Of a DNA stretch of 64,000 nucleotides, positions 50,513-62,020 are shown in pieces. Source of the DNA: Selaginella moellendorffii (Eukaryota; Plantae; Lycopodiophyta); NCBI RefSeq assembly GCF_000143415.4, contig NW_003314308.1, positions 1,220,654-1,284,653 of the forward strand, read 5' to 3'. Each line of letters begins with the position of its first letter. The first letter of the stretch is position 1. A program made the translations under genes and the position numbers. Below the pieces are notes generated by a model. It saw only the letters and a program-made list of their open reading frames with translations. It was not told the DNA's origin and ran no database searches.

Positions 50513-52348
50513 ATGGCCACCGTGAATGGATCGCCCAAGATCGATCCAGACGCCCTCGTCGATGCCTGGCTCGCGCGATTGGATTCCTCTCTCGCCTCCG
50601 GCGATGCATCGGCCGCTGCCAATCTCTTCGAGGAATCCACTTCGTTCTGGCGGGATCTCATCGCGTTCACCTGGAACATCGTCACGGTCGAGGGCCGGTC
50701 ACAGATCCACGCCATGCTCCAATCCACGCTCGAATCAGTCGCGCCCAAGGGTTGGGTCCGCAACGGTACCGCCAGCTACAGCGCGGACTCGGGCGTCATT
50801 GAGGCCTGGATCAAGTTCGAGACGCGCGACGCGGTATGTACGGGGCATTTGCGCCTGATGGCCACTACTTCCCTCTGTCGTACGCTACTCACCGCCATGG
50901 AGGGGCTCAGGGATTTCCCAGAGAATAAGGGCCGTACGCGGCCCAACGGTGTGACGCACGGCGTCATACGGCACCGCGCGTCATGGCTGGACGGGCGCAA
51001 GGAAGAGGAGCGGACGCTGGGCAGTACCGTGCAGCCCTATTGCGTCATTGTCGGGGGTGGGCAGGCGGGTATCGGGCTTGCCGCGCGGCTCCGGCAGCTC
51101 GGCGTGCCGTGCATTGTTGTAGAGAAGAACCCGCGGCCGGGCGATTCGTGGAGGAACCGCTACAAATCGCTGTGCCTCCACGATCCGGTGTGGTATGATC
51201 ATCTCCCCTATTTGCCATTCCCGGAGAATTGGCCGATCTTCGCGCCCAAGGACAAGATGGGAGATTGGCTCGAGGCGTACACCAAGATCATGGAGATTAA
51301 CTACTGGACCTCCAGCGAGTGCCTGGGAGCCCGATTGGATCCACAGTCCGGAGAGTGGGAGGTGAAGATCCTGCGAGATGGGAGCAAGGAGGTGACCTTG
51401 CGACCCAAGCAGCTCATCCTGGCGACCGGGATGTCAGGATTTCCCAATGTGCCACGGATTCCCGGGCAGGAGGAATTCGTGGGCGGTCTCCATCACTCGA
51501 GCAAGCATCCGGGAGGCGAAGCTTACAAGGGGAAGAGAGCGGTGATCCTGGGATCCAACAATTCGGCCCACGACATCGCCGCCGATCTCTGGGAGAATGG
51601 CGCCGCGGAGGTGACGATGATCCAGCGATCCTCCAGTCACGTTGTTCGATCGGAGTCGCTTTTCCGCTTCCTGACGCAGGAGATCTACTCGGAATCGGCG
51701 GTAGAGTCGGGGATCACGACTGACAAGGCGGACATGATCTTCGCGAGCTTGCCATACAAGATCATGGGCGATGCCCAGCGATGCAATTCCGATGCGATCC
51801 GAGCCCACGACAAGGATTTCTACGCCGCGCTCACCAATACTGGATTCATGCTCGACTTTGGCGACGACGACTCGGGGCTCTTCATGAAGTACCTCCGCCG
51901 TGGATCCGGCTACTACATCGACGTGGGCGCATCCCAGCTGTTGATCGACGGCGAGATCAAGCTACGCAGTGGCGTCACCATCGCGTCGCTCAAGCCGAGC
52001 TCGGTGGTGCTGAGCGACGGTACGGAGATCGCGGCCGATGTGGTGGTTTTAGCCACGGGGTACGGATCTATGAACCAATGGGCCGCGAAGCTAATCTCCC
52101 AGGAGGTGGCGGATCGCGTGGGCAAGTGTTGGGGGCTGGGATCGAACACGCGCAAGGATCCCGGGCCGTGGGAGGGGGAGCTCCGGAATATGTGGAAGCC
52201 CACCGCGCAGGAAGGGCTGTGGTTCCATGGTGGGAATCTCCACCAGGCTCGTCACTACTCGCTCTATCTGGCGCTACAGCTCAAGGCGAGGATGGAGGGA
52301 ATCGCGACGCCGGTGTATGGCATGCCCAAGGTCCACCACCTCAGCTAG
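50513..52348 (+). CDS. Type II (bacterial-like) flavin-containing monooxygenase, 611 aa, intronless, copy 2
   Basis: Same motifs as copy 1, about 32 aa differences. Homologous ~150 bp upstream region (50360-50450 vs 30519-30610). Confidence 0.93.
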   Translation: MATVNGSPKIDPDALVDAWLARLDSSLASGDASAAANLFEESTSFWRDLIAFTWNIVTVEGRSQIHAMLQSTLESVAPKGWVRNGTASYSADSGVIEAWIKFETRDAVCTGHLRLMATTSLCRTLLTAMEGLRDFPENKGRTRPNGVTHGVIRHRASWLDGRKEEERTLGSTVQPYCVIVGGGQAGIGLAARLRQLGVPCIVVEKNPRPGDSWRNRYKSLCLHDPVWYDHLPYLPFPENWPIFAPKDKMGDWLEAYTKIMEINYWTSSECLGARLDPQSGEWEVKILRDGSKEVTLRPKQLILATGMSGFPNVPRIPGQEEFVGGLHHSSKHPGGEAYKGKRAVILGSNNSAHDIAADLWENGAAEVTMIQRSSSHVVRSESLFRFLTQEIYSESAVESGITTDKADMIFASLPYKIMGDAQRCNSDAIRAHDKDFYAALTNTGFMLDFGDDDSGLFMKYLRRGSGYYIDVGASQLLIDGEIKLRSGVTIASLKPSSVVLSDGTEIAADVVVLATGYGSMNQWAAKLISQEVADRVGKCWGLGSNTRKDPGPWEGELRNMWKPTAQEGLWFHGGNLHQARHYSLYLALQLKARMEGIATPVYGMPKVHHLS

Positions 52349-54023
52349 ACAGTGTCAACTCAAGCAATGGTCAAAGGTCAATGGTCAATTGCTAGTCAAA
52401 CAGTCAATAACATTTAAAATTTGGAGAAAAAAAAACGAAGATAACCGTTGGGAATTAGGTTTAGGGCTCTTGCTGCGATGGATGCTGTTTGATTTCATCC
52501 TTATCCTCCTGACAAAGAGATTTCGAAGGCTCTCAATCCATAGTACATGATTTTTCGTGTCTCCTTCTTGTAGGCTTTGCAAAGGGGATATTTTACAAGG
52601 CGAGTAGCTTGTACGATTACGATTTTCATCACGAGAGGGCAGCTTTTCTAAAAAAGAAAATTTCTTGTGGAAGTTGTCAGGCTCTGGGCAATCTCTACAT
52701 CCTTGTACCATCAAGAAGAAGATAAAAATAAGGAACACGGTACTGTGAATCTGATCGAGTTCTTTGTTTCCTTGCTTTGGTCCTTTCAACTCAGTCGCCG
52801 ACAATAGTCTGAGGTTCTTATCTCCACCGCGACTCAAGCATGGAGCAAAACTTTGCACGAGAATGAGTTAACTTGCGAATTTTTCTCGGCAATGCAGGCT
52901 AGTCAGCGCGTTGGAAGACAATGCGATTGGAGCTACAGCGGCGTTGGAAGTTCTAGATTGTTTCTCACACTCTCAAGTTTGACCATCACGGTTTCGTCGA
53001 AGCAGCCGAGCCTCGAACGAAGAAACTCCTCGCAAGAAGAAAAAAGAGGATTATATCTTCTCAGTGCATTCGTTTTGGATGGATGGCAGATCTGATTCCT
53101 CGTTTTCTCCTTTTCTCTCACTGTTTGTGCAGGGCATCAGTTTCACTTTGAGTTTGGAGCAACTTCTTTATAACAGTGAGTGCTCCCCCGGCGTTCGTCA
53201 ACACGGCTCGCGATTGTTTAATCCAAACAAGTCATTTTCTAATAGAGGGGAGGGAGGTTGCCACTTCGCTTGCGCCACCACCACCTCGAAGTAGTGGAAG
53301 CGGCAAAATCTCCCAAAGGCATATCTTTTCGCTGGTAGCGGACAAACATCTATCGCATCGCATAGACAAAGTCAAATAAATCCTCGCAGGATCACAAATT
53401 CTGGTGGACAAGCTTTTAAAACACGTTTGTGGATAACAGGAAGGGAGAGCAGCGCAAAAAGTTGGCCAGATTGATTGTTGGATGGAACGGACGGAGAATT
53501 GGAAGACAAGAAAAGCAAAGAAAAAAAAAGAAAAAAAAAGAAAAGCAGAGAGATGGATTCAAGGCAGCACAACGTTAAAAAAGAAAAAATCGCTGAGATT
53601 CCGGCATCTGGGCATCTGGCAAGTTGCATAGCACCCGCCAAAAGCCAAGATGCTCTCCCATTTCAACAACCGCAACTAGACAAAGCTCTCTTTTTATTTC
53701 CTCGTTTTTTCTTTTTTTTTTCTTCTTGGTCTATCTCAAGCAAAGCCAAGCCAAGCCAAGCGCTCGATCGAGGCTCCTCCACAACACCACGACCGATTCG
53801 TTCCAATGGATCGATCCATCCATTCGTCCACGCCAAAACGAAGCGCGAGCTCGCCAGCTTTCAATGCCCCAAAGATGCTGCTGTTGACAAGTCGCGGCCA
53901 CAAAAGAATCGGTGTGTAATCAAAAAAACGATCGCAGCGGCACATTGGTCGCTTTCTCCCAGGAAGCTTCACGGTACGGACGGGGGAGACAACGGGTCCG
54001 TACGCGAGCCAATGAATGCTGCC

Positions 54024-54090
54024 TTATCCGCACCTCCACGTGTCGCGCTCTAGCCATGTGTGGAATCGAGAACAGGTGGCCACATGCATG
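54024..54090 (+). promoter_or_regulatory. ABRE/G-box (CACGTGTC), TTATCC and RY (CATGCATG) motifs upstream of the OXS3-like gene
   Basis: Motifs read at 54024, 54037 and ~54083. Short motifs, function not shown. Confidence 0.3.
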
Positions 54091-55150
54091 CAAAGATGGA
54101 TCAAACTCTAGGGCTGGGGCTTGCTTTTGCCCTAAGCAAGGGTGAAAGTAATGGCAGGCAGGTAAAGGTTAAAAACCTTCTTCACCTTCTAGGCTGGCCA
54201 ATGGGGTGGCAGGATTGGTGCACACCTCTCCAGAGTCCCTATCCAAGGGGACCCAACACAAAGATACCAAACACTTGACATACACTCACCTATCATCTAC
54301 AACAGTGGCGTTTACAGAAAAATCAAAAGAATTTCAAGCGTTATGAGCTATTTTGATAGGAAGTTTTCATCCAATGTGGATAAGCTTTGGCTCGGTTGCT
54401 GCTTAATTGGCTTAATCGGGGATTGGGTAATATAATTATAGTGGCTCACTACTAGGTTGCTGCCACGGAAGACTGGTTCCTCCCTCGATTCATAGCGTGT
54501 TTGATCTCTTTTCTCTCTTTTTCTTCTTTTCTTCTTCTTCTTCCTCTCATCCTTATCTTCGCGAGAGGAAGGAAGCAAGGAAAGCCCTCTCCATCTCCAC
54601 CTCGCGCTCGCCATCTCTCGCCATCTCTCGCGCTTTTCTCTTCTTGGGTCGCCAAAGAGGGCTTTTGGGGATCGACCCACGAGACCCATCAATCGCGAAT
54701 CGCGTCGCGGCGCTGGTGGGTCGGAGGACGATTTGGGGCGTTTTTTTTCGGGTTTGGTTTCGCCTTCTTCGCGTTGCGGCGATCGATCAAAGGCCGTCTA
54801 CGGTGGCTTCGGTGGCGCGCGATCACAGGGAAGAATTGGTGCTGCTGCGGTGTGAATGGGAGGATTGTCGCGCGGCTGCTGCTGCTGCCAAATGCGCGCT
54901 CGCCTGCTGACGGATCCCGAAGGGAACAGGCCTCTGGATTGCGTAAGGCCGCGCCTCGCCCGCCAGCTTGCTCGCAGGAAGATCCAGAATCGCCAGAGCC
55001 TCCTCAAGGGCTGACAACAAGTTCTTCTTTTGTTCTTCCTTACCGGGTAAGCTGGTTCTCCTTAAAGAATTCTCTCTTTTCGACCAAAGATGGAGGTTCT
55101 CATCGATCTTCCTTGCAGATCGAGGCGAATCCATCCCTTTGAAAGGAAGA

Positions 55151-56048
55151 ATGTCGATTGCCTACCAGAGCTGGGAGATAGGATCGGGCCCAACCGTGGG
55201 ATACAAACTCCAGGCTCACCAAGCAGCTGGCGATGGGCTAAACCTTCGCAAGCTTCTCTGCCGGCCCGAGACGACCGCCAGGTTCATGCAACAGGGTCTT
55301 CCTCCTCCAGCTCCAAAGCAGAGATTTTCCTCCTCCGCCACCATCGCCGCCACCACCACCACCGCCACTCTGAGTGGCGGAGCTTCTAAACCGGACGAGG
55401 ACTTGCCCCCGACCAAGGTGGAAGTTGTGGAACTTGTTGTGGCGCCGCCAGGAGGACTGGAAACGACTAACATGCCATCGTCGTCCTCGTCGCTCGTCAC
55501 ATCCTCCATCTCCAACGAGAGCTCGGACGAGTCGGACGACAAGGAGGTCCAGAGCGCGTTCAAAGGTCCCCTGGATCAAATGGATTCGTTGATGACCACT
55601 CTCCCAGTCAGGTTTGCTCCAAGTTCTTGTTTCCTCCATAGCTAGCTTGCTCTTGTTTTCCTCCATAGCTCGCTTGCTCACTTCTTCTTTCTCCAGGAGG
55701 GGGCTGTCAAAGTTCTACGTTGGAAAATCTCGTTCCTTCACATCGCTGGCGGACGTGAAATCGATGTGCATGAAGGACTTGGGCAAGCCCGAGAATCCAT
55801 ACTCCAAGAGGAGGAGGCTTCCATCCCACCGCGAAGGGATGGAGTCCAAGCCCAGGTTTCCACCACCCCGGATCTCCACTGGGATCTCCAAGAAGCCAAT
55901 CTCCTCCAACGGGACGACGCTCACGCTGGCGCTCGCCATGTCCACCAAGGGTGACAGGCTCGACGGCAGCGACGAATGCTTCGCCACGGCAAAGCAGTGG
56001 CAAAAGAGCTGCCGATCATTCTCGCTCACCGACTTGCAAAAGGCTTGA
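55151..56048 (+). CDS. OXS3: OXIDATIVE STRESS 3 / MTD1-like protein (exons 55151-55611, 55697-56048)
   Basis: EVQSAFKGPLDQMDSL..LPVR / RGLSKFYVGKSRSFTSL...KPENPYSKRRR and C-terminal RSFSLTDL. Confidence 0.85.
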
Positions 56049-56565
56049 ACAAGTTCCAACTTTGCTTGAACGATCCGGAAGAACTTCCAGCGAGTTCCAT
56101 GGTGGTGACACAAAGTTTAGCCGCAGGACACACTTTCATATGGAAGGTTGTATAATATCTGAGAGAGGAGGAGAGTAACTTGTAGAGAAAAAGAAAAGAA
56201 AGATACCAAGGGATACAACTCAGGGAGATGAGATGGCGTGAGATGGTGTTTTGTGTGTGAGAGAACAGGAAGGTTCCAGTGGGTTTTTGTATTTGATCCA
56301 GACTTTGACACTTGTATACATCGCTAGCGATGACTTGCTCCGGAAGTCCATCGTTGGTACAAATGCTTTTCGAGTTGACTACCTTGCTGAGAATGTCAAT
56401 GACGCCATCAGTCCTTGTTGTGTTGTGATTCCAGACCACGAGAACTTCTCCGGACGAGAACTTCTCCAAAGGTTCTTTGAAGGAGGACGAAACTCTGTGA
56501 AGAAAAAGAGAAGGAAACTTTTAGAGCCATCCTGGAGAGACATACCTGGCTTTTGTGGCGGTTCT

Positions 56566-59500
56566 CTAACCAGGAACTGGGGTGTTGTGATGCTCCCCGG
56601 CATAGATCTGGGAGAGGAGGACAAACGGAGCCGCACAGCTTTCGGTGGATTGCATCTGAGCCGCTGTTCTTGCTCCGCGGTGGAGGTCCTGTTGGTTCTT
56701 GCAAGCCGCCAGCATCGTGTTCAAAGTCACAACGTCTGGCCGGTCGATCATGCTGATGAGCTCCTCCGCCTCGTCCAGCCGTCCTGCCCGACACAGGAGA
56801 TCCACCATGCACTGGTAATGCTCGTCCAAGTGTGGCAGCTCAAAGTCGGAGATGATCCAAGTGAAGTAGTGGCACGCTTCGTCGGTCAGCCCCGCGTGGC
56901 TGCACGAGTTGAGGATGGCGATGAGCGTAACTCCATCCGGCACAACTCCCTCGTTGACCATCAGCCTGTAGGTGTCAATGATATCGTCGTGCTGTCCGTG
57001 CCGAGCACACAGTGTCATGATCGCGGACCACGAGATCCTGCTGCTCCTATCCATGCTCTCGAAGATCTGTCTCGCGTCTCTCATGCTCCCACACCTCGCG
57101 TACATGTTGATGAGACCGTTCCCAAGGAAGTCGGACATCTTTCCTCCCTGTGCGGCCAGGATGCGAGCATGGACTTCTCTGCCATCTTCCAAGTTGGAGC
57201 ACGCCTGAAGAACGGACGAGAACGTCACCTCGTCTGGTTCCGAATCCATCCGCTTGAACAGACTGAGAGCTTCTCGCTCGTTCCCAGCCGAGACACAGCC
57301 TCCAATCAACGCGGTCCAAGTTACGGTACACTTCTCCCCCACGCTCTCAAACACCTGCCTTGCCTCGCCCAAGGCGTTGCACCTCGCGTACATGGTGATC
57401 AACGCGTTCTTCACGAAGTCTGGTAGCATCCCGCAGGCTAGAGCACGGGAATGGACCTCTCTTCCGGTTCGCAGATCTTCCACTCGAGCACAGGAACTCA
57501 GGACGCTCATAAACGTGACGACGCTCGGTGACAGCCCCTCCAAAACCATCTCCCGATACACTCTGATGGCCTCTTCGCCACTGTCATGCCTGTTAAAAGC
57601 TGCTATCACCGCGTTCCACATGACCACCTTGTTTTGCTGCCTCGTCTTGGCAAACACCTCCCTGATCTCTTGCTCACTCCCACACTTGCAGTACATGTTG
57701 ACAAGCGCGACGGCAATATCCGGCAGGCGTTCCAGTTGACACTCGATGATCCTCCTGTGAACAGCCTTGCCTTGTCGAAACGTTTGAGGGGAGCACGCCG
57801 AAACAACGGCCGCGTATGTCGTATAGCTCGGCTCCTTCCCCTCCAAAAGCATCTTGTGATAGAGACCAAAGGCTTCGGTGCTGTAATCCCCACACTGCTG
57901 CTGCTGCTGCGAGTAGCACTCTAGCATAAGTGTCCATGTCACGACGTCCTTTTCCTCTGTCCTATCGAAAACTTCCAACGCTTCCTTCACGGAGCCGCAT
58001 TTGATGTGCAGACTGAGCAGAGCGTTTCCTATCGGCTGAAATCGAAAATCCTGCTTTATCGCCAAAAATTTTCCCTGTTCCAAGTCCCCCTCAATGGAGC
58101 AAGCCATGATGGCTTCGGCAACTGACACGCTATCCGGCTCCACACCTTCAGGCTTCATCCTATGGAACAATTCCAGTGCCGCTTTAGAATCACCTTGTTG
58201 CGCGTAGCCTTTTATCATGACTGTCCAAGTCAGGACATCCCGGCTCTCCATTCTATCAAATATCTTCCGTGCCTCTTCCATGTCACCACACTTACTGTAC
58301 GCCGAGACAAGATCTGCCCGTATGGAATCCATCTTATCTATCCCACTCCAATCAATAAGTTCCCGGATCGTTTTGCTCAACCGTGAATCTCGCTTTAGCG
58401 AACAGGCCTGGAGTGCGCTGCAAAAAGTTGGCAAGCTCAGCTGCATTCCCTCGAGAATCATCTGCCTGAAAAGCGTCAGCGCCTTACCGGGGTCACCGAA
58501 CTGTGCATGGCTCGTTACCATGGCTGACCAGCTCACGTAGTCCTTTTGCTGCATCTTCGCAAACAAGAACTCCGCGTCCTCCAGACTCCCACACCTGGAA
58601 TACATGAACATGAGCGCAGTCTCCACAACAGTGATCGATTCGAAACCAAAAGCCTTGACTTCCTCGTGGAGATGCTTACCTTGCTCTAACGTCGAGCACG
58701 CGGACAGCAGCGCGACGAAGGTAGCGGAAGTTGGCGAGACGCAATCTCGCCGCATTCCATCGTAGAAAGCGAAAGCCTCGCTGCCGAATCCAAGCTGCGC
58801 ATAGCCCGCGATCATCGACGTCCATGTAAAGACATCTCTGGTCGCAAGCCCGCTGAAAACCTCGAGCGCCTCGTCCATGCAGCCACACTTGGAGTACATG
58901 TTGATGAGAGCGTTCTCCATGACAATGTCACGCTGCAAACCAAGAGAAGTTATACGCTGGTGGATGGAAGAACCAAGTTCCAAGTTACCTAGCGACGCAC
59001 AGGCCGTGAGCAAGCTCGCAAAGACGAATCCATTCGGCTCCAAGCGCTCCCTCTTCATCCGATGGTAGAGCTCCAGTGCCTGCTCGGGATAGTCACACTG
59101 CACGAACGCCGAGATCATGGCGTTCCAGGACACCAAGTTCTTCCTTGGCATGGCGTCGAAGATCTTGATGCCTTCCAGCACGCTACCACACCTGGCGTAC
59201 ATGGTCACCAGCGAGTTCTGGACGACCACGTCGCTGGCGATGGATGGCGACTCGAGAACTCTCTTGTGGATTTCCCTGCCTTGCTCCAGATCCCCCAGCC
59301 CGGCACAAGCCGCAAGAGCGCTCGCAAAGATGAATCCATTCGGCGGGATGTCCATCTTGTGGAAGAGCTCCAGAGCTTCCCTGTTCTTGCCGCTCCTGGC
59401 ATAGCCAGAGATCATGAGATTCCACACGAAGTCGTTCTTGTCCGCGATCTCGTCGAATGCCGCCTTGGCATCGGCCAGGCAGCCGCATTTGGCGTACATC

Positions 59501-59670
59501 TGGACGACGCAGCGCCGCAGATAGCTGCTATCGCCATAGCCGGACCTGCGAAGATCGTCGTGGAGCCGCCGCCCCTCGGAAACGTTGCGCCTGGAGCAGC
59601 ATTCCTGCAAGAGCCTGGCGTAGCGCGAGACCTCGGATTCCTTCAACGCAGCTCCAGAGGAAGCTCGCAT
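56566..59670 (-). CDS. PLS-class pentatricopeptide repeat protein ending in an E domain, no DYW (organellar RNA-editing factor type)
   Basis: Intronless >1000-codon ORF with repeated NALINMYxKCG / VSWNAMI / VTFxSxLxAC units. Ends HYQCMVDLLCRAGRL...FVLLSQIYA. First ATG at 59670. Confidence 0.93.
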   Translation of the reverse strand: MRASSGAALKESEVSRYARLLQECCSRRNVSEGRRLHDDLRRSGYGDSSYLRRCVVQMYAKCGCLADAKAAFDEIADKNDFVWNLMISGYARSGKNREALELFHKMDIPPNGFIFASALAACAGLGDLEQGREIHKRVLESPSIASDVVVQNSLVTMYARCGSVLEGIKIFDAMPRKNLVSWNAMISAFVQCDYPEQALELYHRMKRERLEPNGFVFASLLTACASLGNLELGSSIHQRITSLGLQRDIVMENALINMYSKCGCMDEALEVFSGLATRDVFTWTSMIAGYAQLGFGSEAFAFYDGMRRDCVSPTSATFVALLSACSTLEQGKHLHEEVKAFGFESITVVETALMFMYSRCGSLEDAEFLFAKMQQKDYVSWSAMVTSHAQFGDPGKALTLFRQMILEGMQLSLPTFCSALQACSLKRDSRLSKTIRELIDWSGIDKMDSIRADLVSAYSKCGDMEEARKIFDRMESRDVLTWTVMIKGYAQQGDSKAALELFHRMKPEGVEPDSVSVAEAIMACSIEGDLEQGKFLAIKQDFRFQPIGNALLSLHIKCGSVKEALEVFDRTEEKDVVTWTLMLECYSQQQQQCGDYSTEAFGLYHKMLLEGKEPSYTTYAAVVSACSPQTFRQGKAVHRRIIECQLERLPDIAVALVNMYCKCGSEQEIREVFAKTRQQNKVVMWNAVIAAFNRHDSGEEAIRVYREMVLEGLSPSVVTFMSVLSSCARVEDLRTGREVHSRALACGMLPDFVKNALITMYARCNALGEARQVFESVGEKCTVTWTALIGGCVSAGNEREALSLFKRMDSEPDEVTFSSVLQACSNLEDGREVHARILAAQGGKMSDFLGNGLINMYARCGSMRDARQIFESMDRSSRISWSAIMTLCARHGQHDDIIDTYRLMVNEGVVPDGVTLIAILNSCSHAGLTDEACHYFTWIISDFELPHLDEHYQCMVDLLCRAGRLDEAEELISMIDRPDVVTLNTMLAACKNQQDLHRGARTAAQMQSTESCAAPFVLLSQIYAGEHHNTPVPG

Positions 59671-59763
59671 CGATCGATCCACACAAACCCTAAACCTTCT
59701 CTCTTTCCAAGAATCTAGGGTTCTTACAAACTCTCGTCTCTCTCTCTCCTCTCTCACACTCGC

Positions 59764-62020
59764 TCAGTGGGCGTGGTTCGCATCGTTCTTCACCGATCCA
59801 GGGCTGCTGGCGCTGCTGCTGGAATCCGAGAAGCACGTCAGCTTCTGGAGCACGCCAGTGGGCGACGCCAGGATCATCTTCTTGCGCTGCTGCTGCTCGA
59901 ATCCCACCGCATTGCCGCCGGCGGGAGGCTTGCACGACGAGGATTTGAGAAGAACATCCGAAAGCAAATCGCCGCTGGCGCCGGAGGAGGAGGAGATCCT
60001 GGCGAGGCTGATGTTGGTGTAGGGATCCTCCTCCTCCTCGAGCTCGTGCTCGTGATCGTCCTCGTTGTCTCGATGATCGTATCGCGCCTTGTACCGATCG
60101 TGATCGCCCCCTTGTTCTTGCTCTTCCAGCGCCAGGGAGAGGATCCCAGTGGATGGAACGCTCTTGAAGCAATGCATGGCGAGCTTGTCATGGCTGGTGG
60201 CGGGCATGGAGTTGGAATCTCGGGGCCAGTCGTCGTCGAAGAAGTGGCGCAGCGCCTCGGGCTTGCGCTCGATGCCTCGGATCAAAGGGCTTTTGCTCAG
60301 CTCCTCGTGTTCTTGCGACGATGGTCCAAAGATTTGCATGCTCCCGAAGTTGTGGTGCTCGGATCCAGCGATGATCTTGGGTGGCGACGACGATCCTCCT
60401 CCTCCTCCTCCTCCGCCACCGCCGCCGCCGCCTAGAGGCCTGGTGCAGCTGCCAGAAACCTCCGCAAAGAGCAGCTGCTCGGGACGCAAAGGATCAAACG
60501 TTGCTTTACTCATTCCATTCACAAACCTGAGAGACAAAAAAAACCATAGAATTCACAAGAGCACCACCCAAAAAAGAAAAAAAAAAAAAAAAAGTTCACA
60601 GATCAGTGATCTTCCCAGTCGCTCATCCATCCAAATTTCAATCTTGATCCAGCCAAGAACAAAGAAGCAGCAAGCAAGCCAAACAGACACGCAAGACAGC
60701 AAAAAAAAAAGATGGAAGAGTTTTTTTTCACCTTTGATGATCTTTGCTAGCAGCAAGATCTCCAGCTGATTGGAGAGGATAGTGGTATGATCCCATGCCA
60801 GTCTCCATGATCCCACCGCCAACCATCCCACCACCACCACCACCACCTTTGCTGCCGCTGCTACTCTGGTGTGACAATGCCGACGATCTGGCACCGCCAT
60901 TGTTGGTGGCGGAAGTGGCGGTGGCGGCGGTGGCGGCGGAGTTGGATCCCGCTCCTGCCGCCGCGGCCGCCGCGGCCGCCGCTGCTTCCGCCGCTTTCCT
61001 AGATCTGTTCCTCCCCCTGTGCATATGCCTCTCGCAGTACTTCTGGTCCGCCACCACCGGCCTGGAGCACCGCCACTTCTTCCCATCTGTTCTTCGGCAC
61101 CGCCCAGGCTCCGCGTCCATGGGGCTGCCCGATCCAACTCCAAGCTGGAACCCGCTCCATGCTGCTCCTCGCAAGTTTCACCAAGAACACAAACGTGAGA
61201 TGGCGATCGAGAGGAAACAAAGTGAGATCCTCCAAGTTTAAAGGCAGGAACAGTACGAGCAGTGATCCATCTTTGGACCCACAGACAAAGAGATAGCATG
61301 TTTGCAATCTGGAACTCACGAAACACGATAAAGCAAACAGTAGGAAACAAGCCCACCACGAGAAGATCGATCAAACACTCTAGAGGATATAGAAGCTTTG
61401 CCAGGAGAAGGAGAGCTTACAGTTCGTGGCGGAGGAGGGCGAGAGGATCAAGCTCCGGCGGATAGGAATGACGAGCTCGGGAGGAACTGGAGCTCTGGCC
61501 ATCATATACTTGAAGATGAGCGCTTGGTGTTCTAGCTCCGCCCACTGTGACGCTGTGAATGGGAAGTAGTGGAGCTGCTGCTGCTGCTGCTGCTGGAACG
61601 CTGTGCATCACGAATCCATCCAGCCATGACCATCAAGTTTCTTACGCGCTCGATCGAGAGAAATCAAAACAAGGAGGTACCTGGAGAGGAGATGGAGTGT
61701 GGCTGCTGCTTGATCGCGCCAGCAAATGGGTATGATCCTCCTTGCTGCTGGAACAAATGCCTCGAGTACTGCTGCTGGAAGAGCATCCCTCCCGGATCCG
61801 CCAGGAGCGCCGCGGAGCTGCTGTGGTGATCGTCGGGGGAGGGCGACGAATTGGATTCTTGCTGCTGCTGCCTGGCCGAGGAGAAGGAGTCCGTCCTGGA
61901 CAGCTTCATCGATCGGCTTCCCTCGTGGCGATCTTCGCCAAGCTCCAGGATGGGTCTACATTGCTTGAGGATGCGAACGTCGCCGCCCGGCTCCACGGAG
62001 CCGCTCAAGCTGAAATCCAT
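59764..62020 (-). CDS. GRF: Growth-regulating factor 2 (QLQ + WRC + FFD), 4 exons
   Basis: [36 protein letters not shown]...[38 protein letters not shown]. Confidence 0.93.

Noticed and set aside
30649-52348. FMO genes as bacterial contamination or as YUCCA
   Set aside because: They are embedded among plant genes and TEs and duplicated with upstream DNA. Length and motifs differ from YUCCA (~400 aa, FxGxxxHxxxY).
52385-55142. Several 100-200 aa ORFs between FMO2 and the OXS3-like gene
   Set aside because: Low-complexity poly-A/T-driven frames typical of promoter or UTR DNA.
56251-57426. 391-aa antisense ORF
   Set aside because: Shadow ORF of the GC-rich PPR gene with no recognisable domain.
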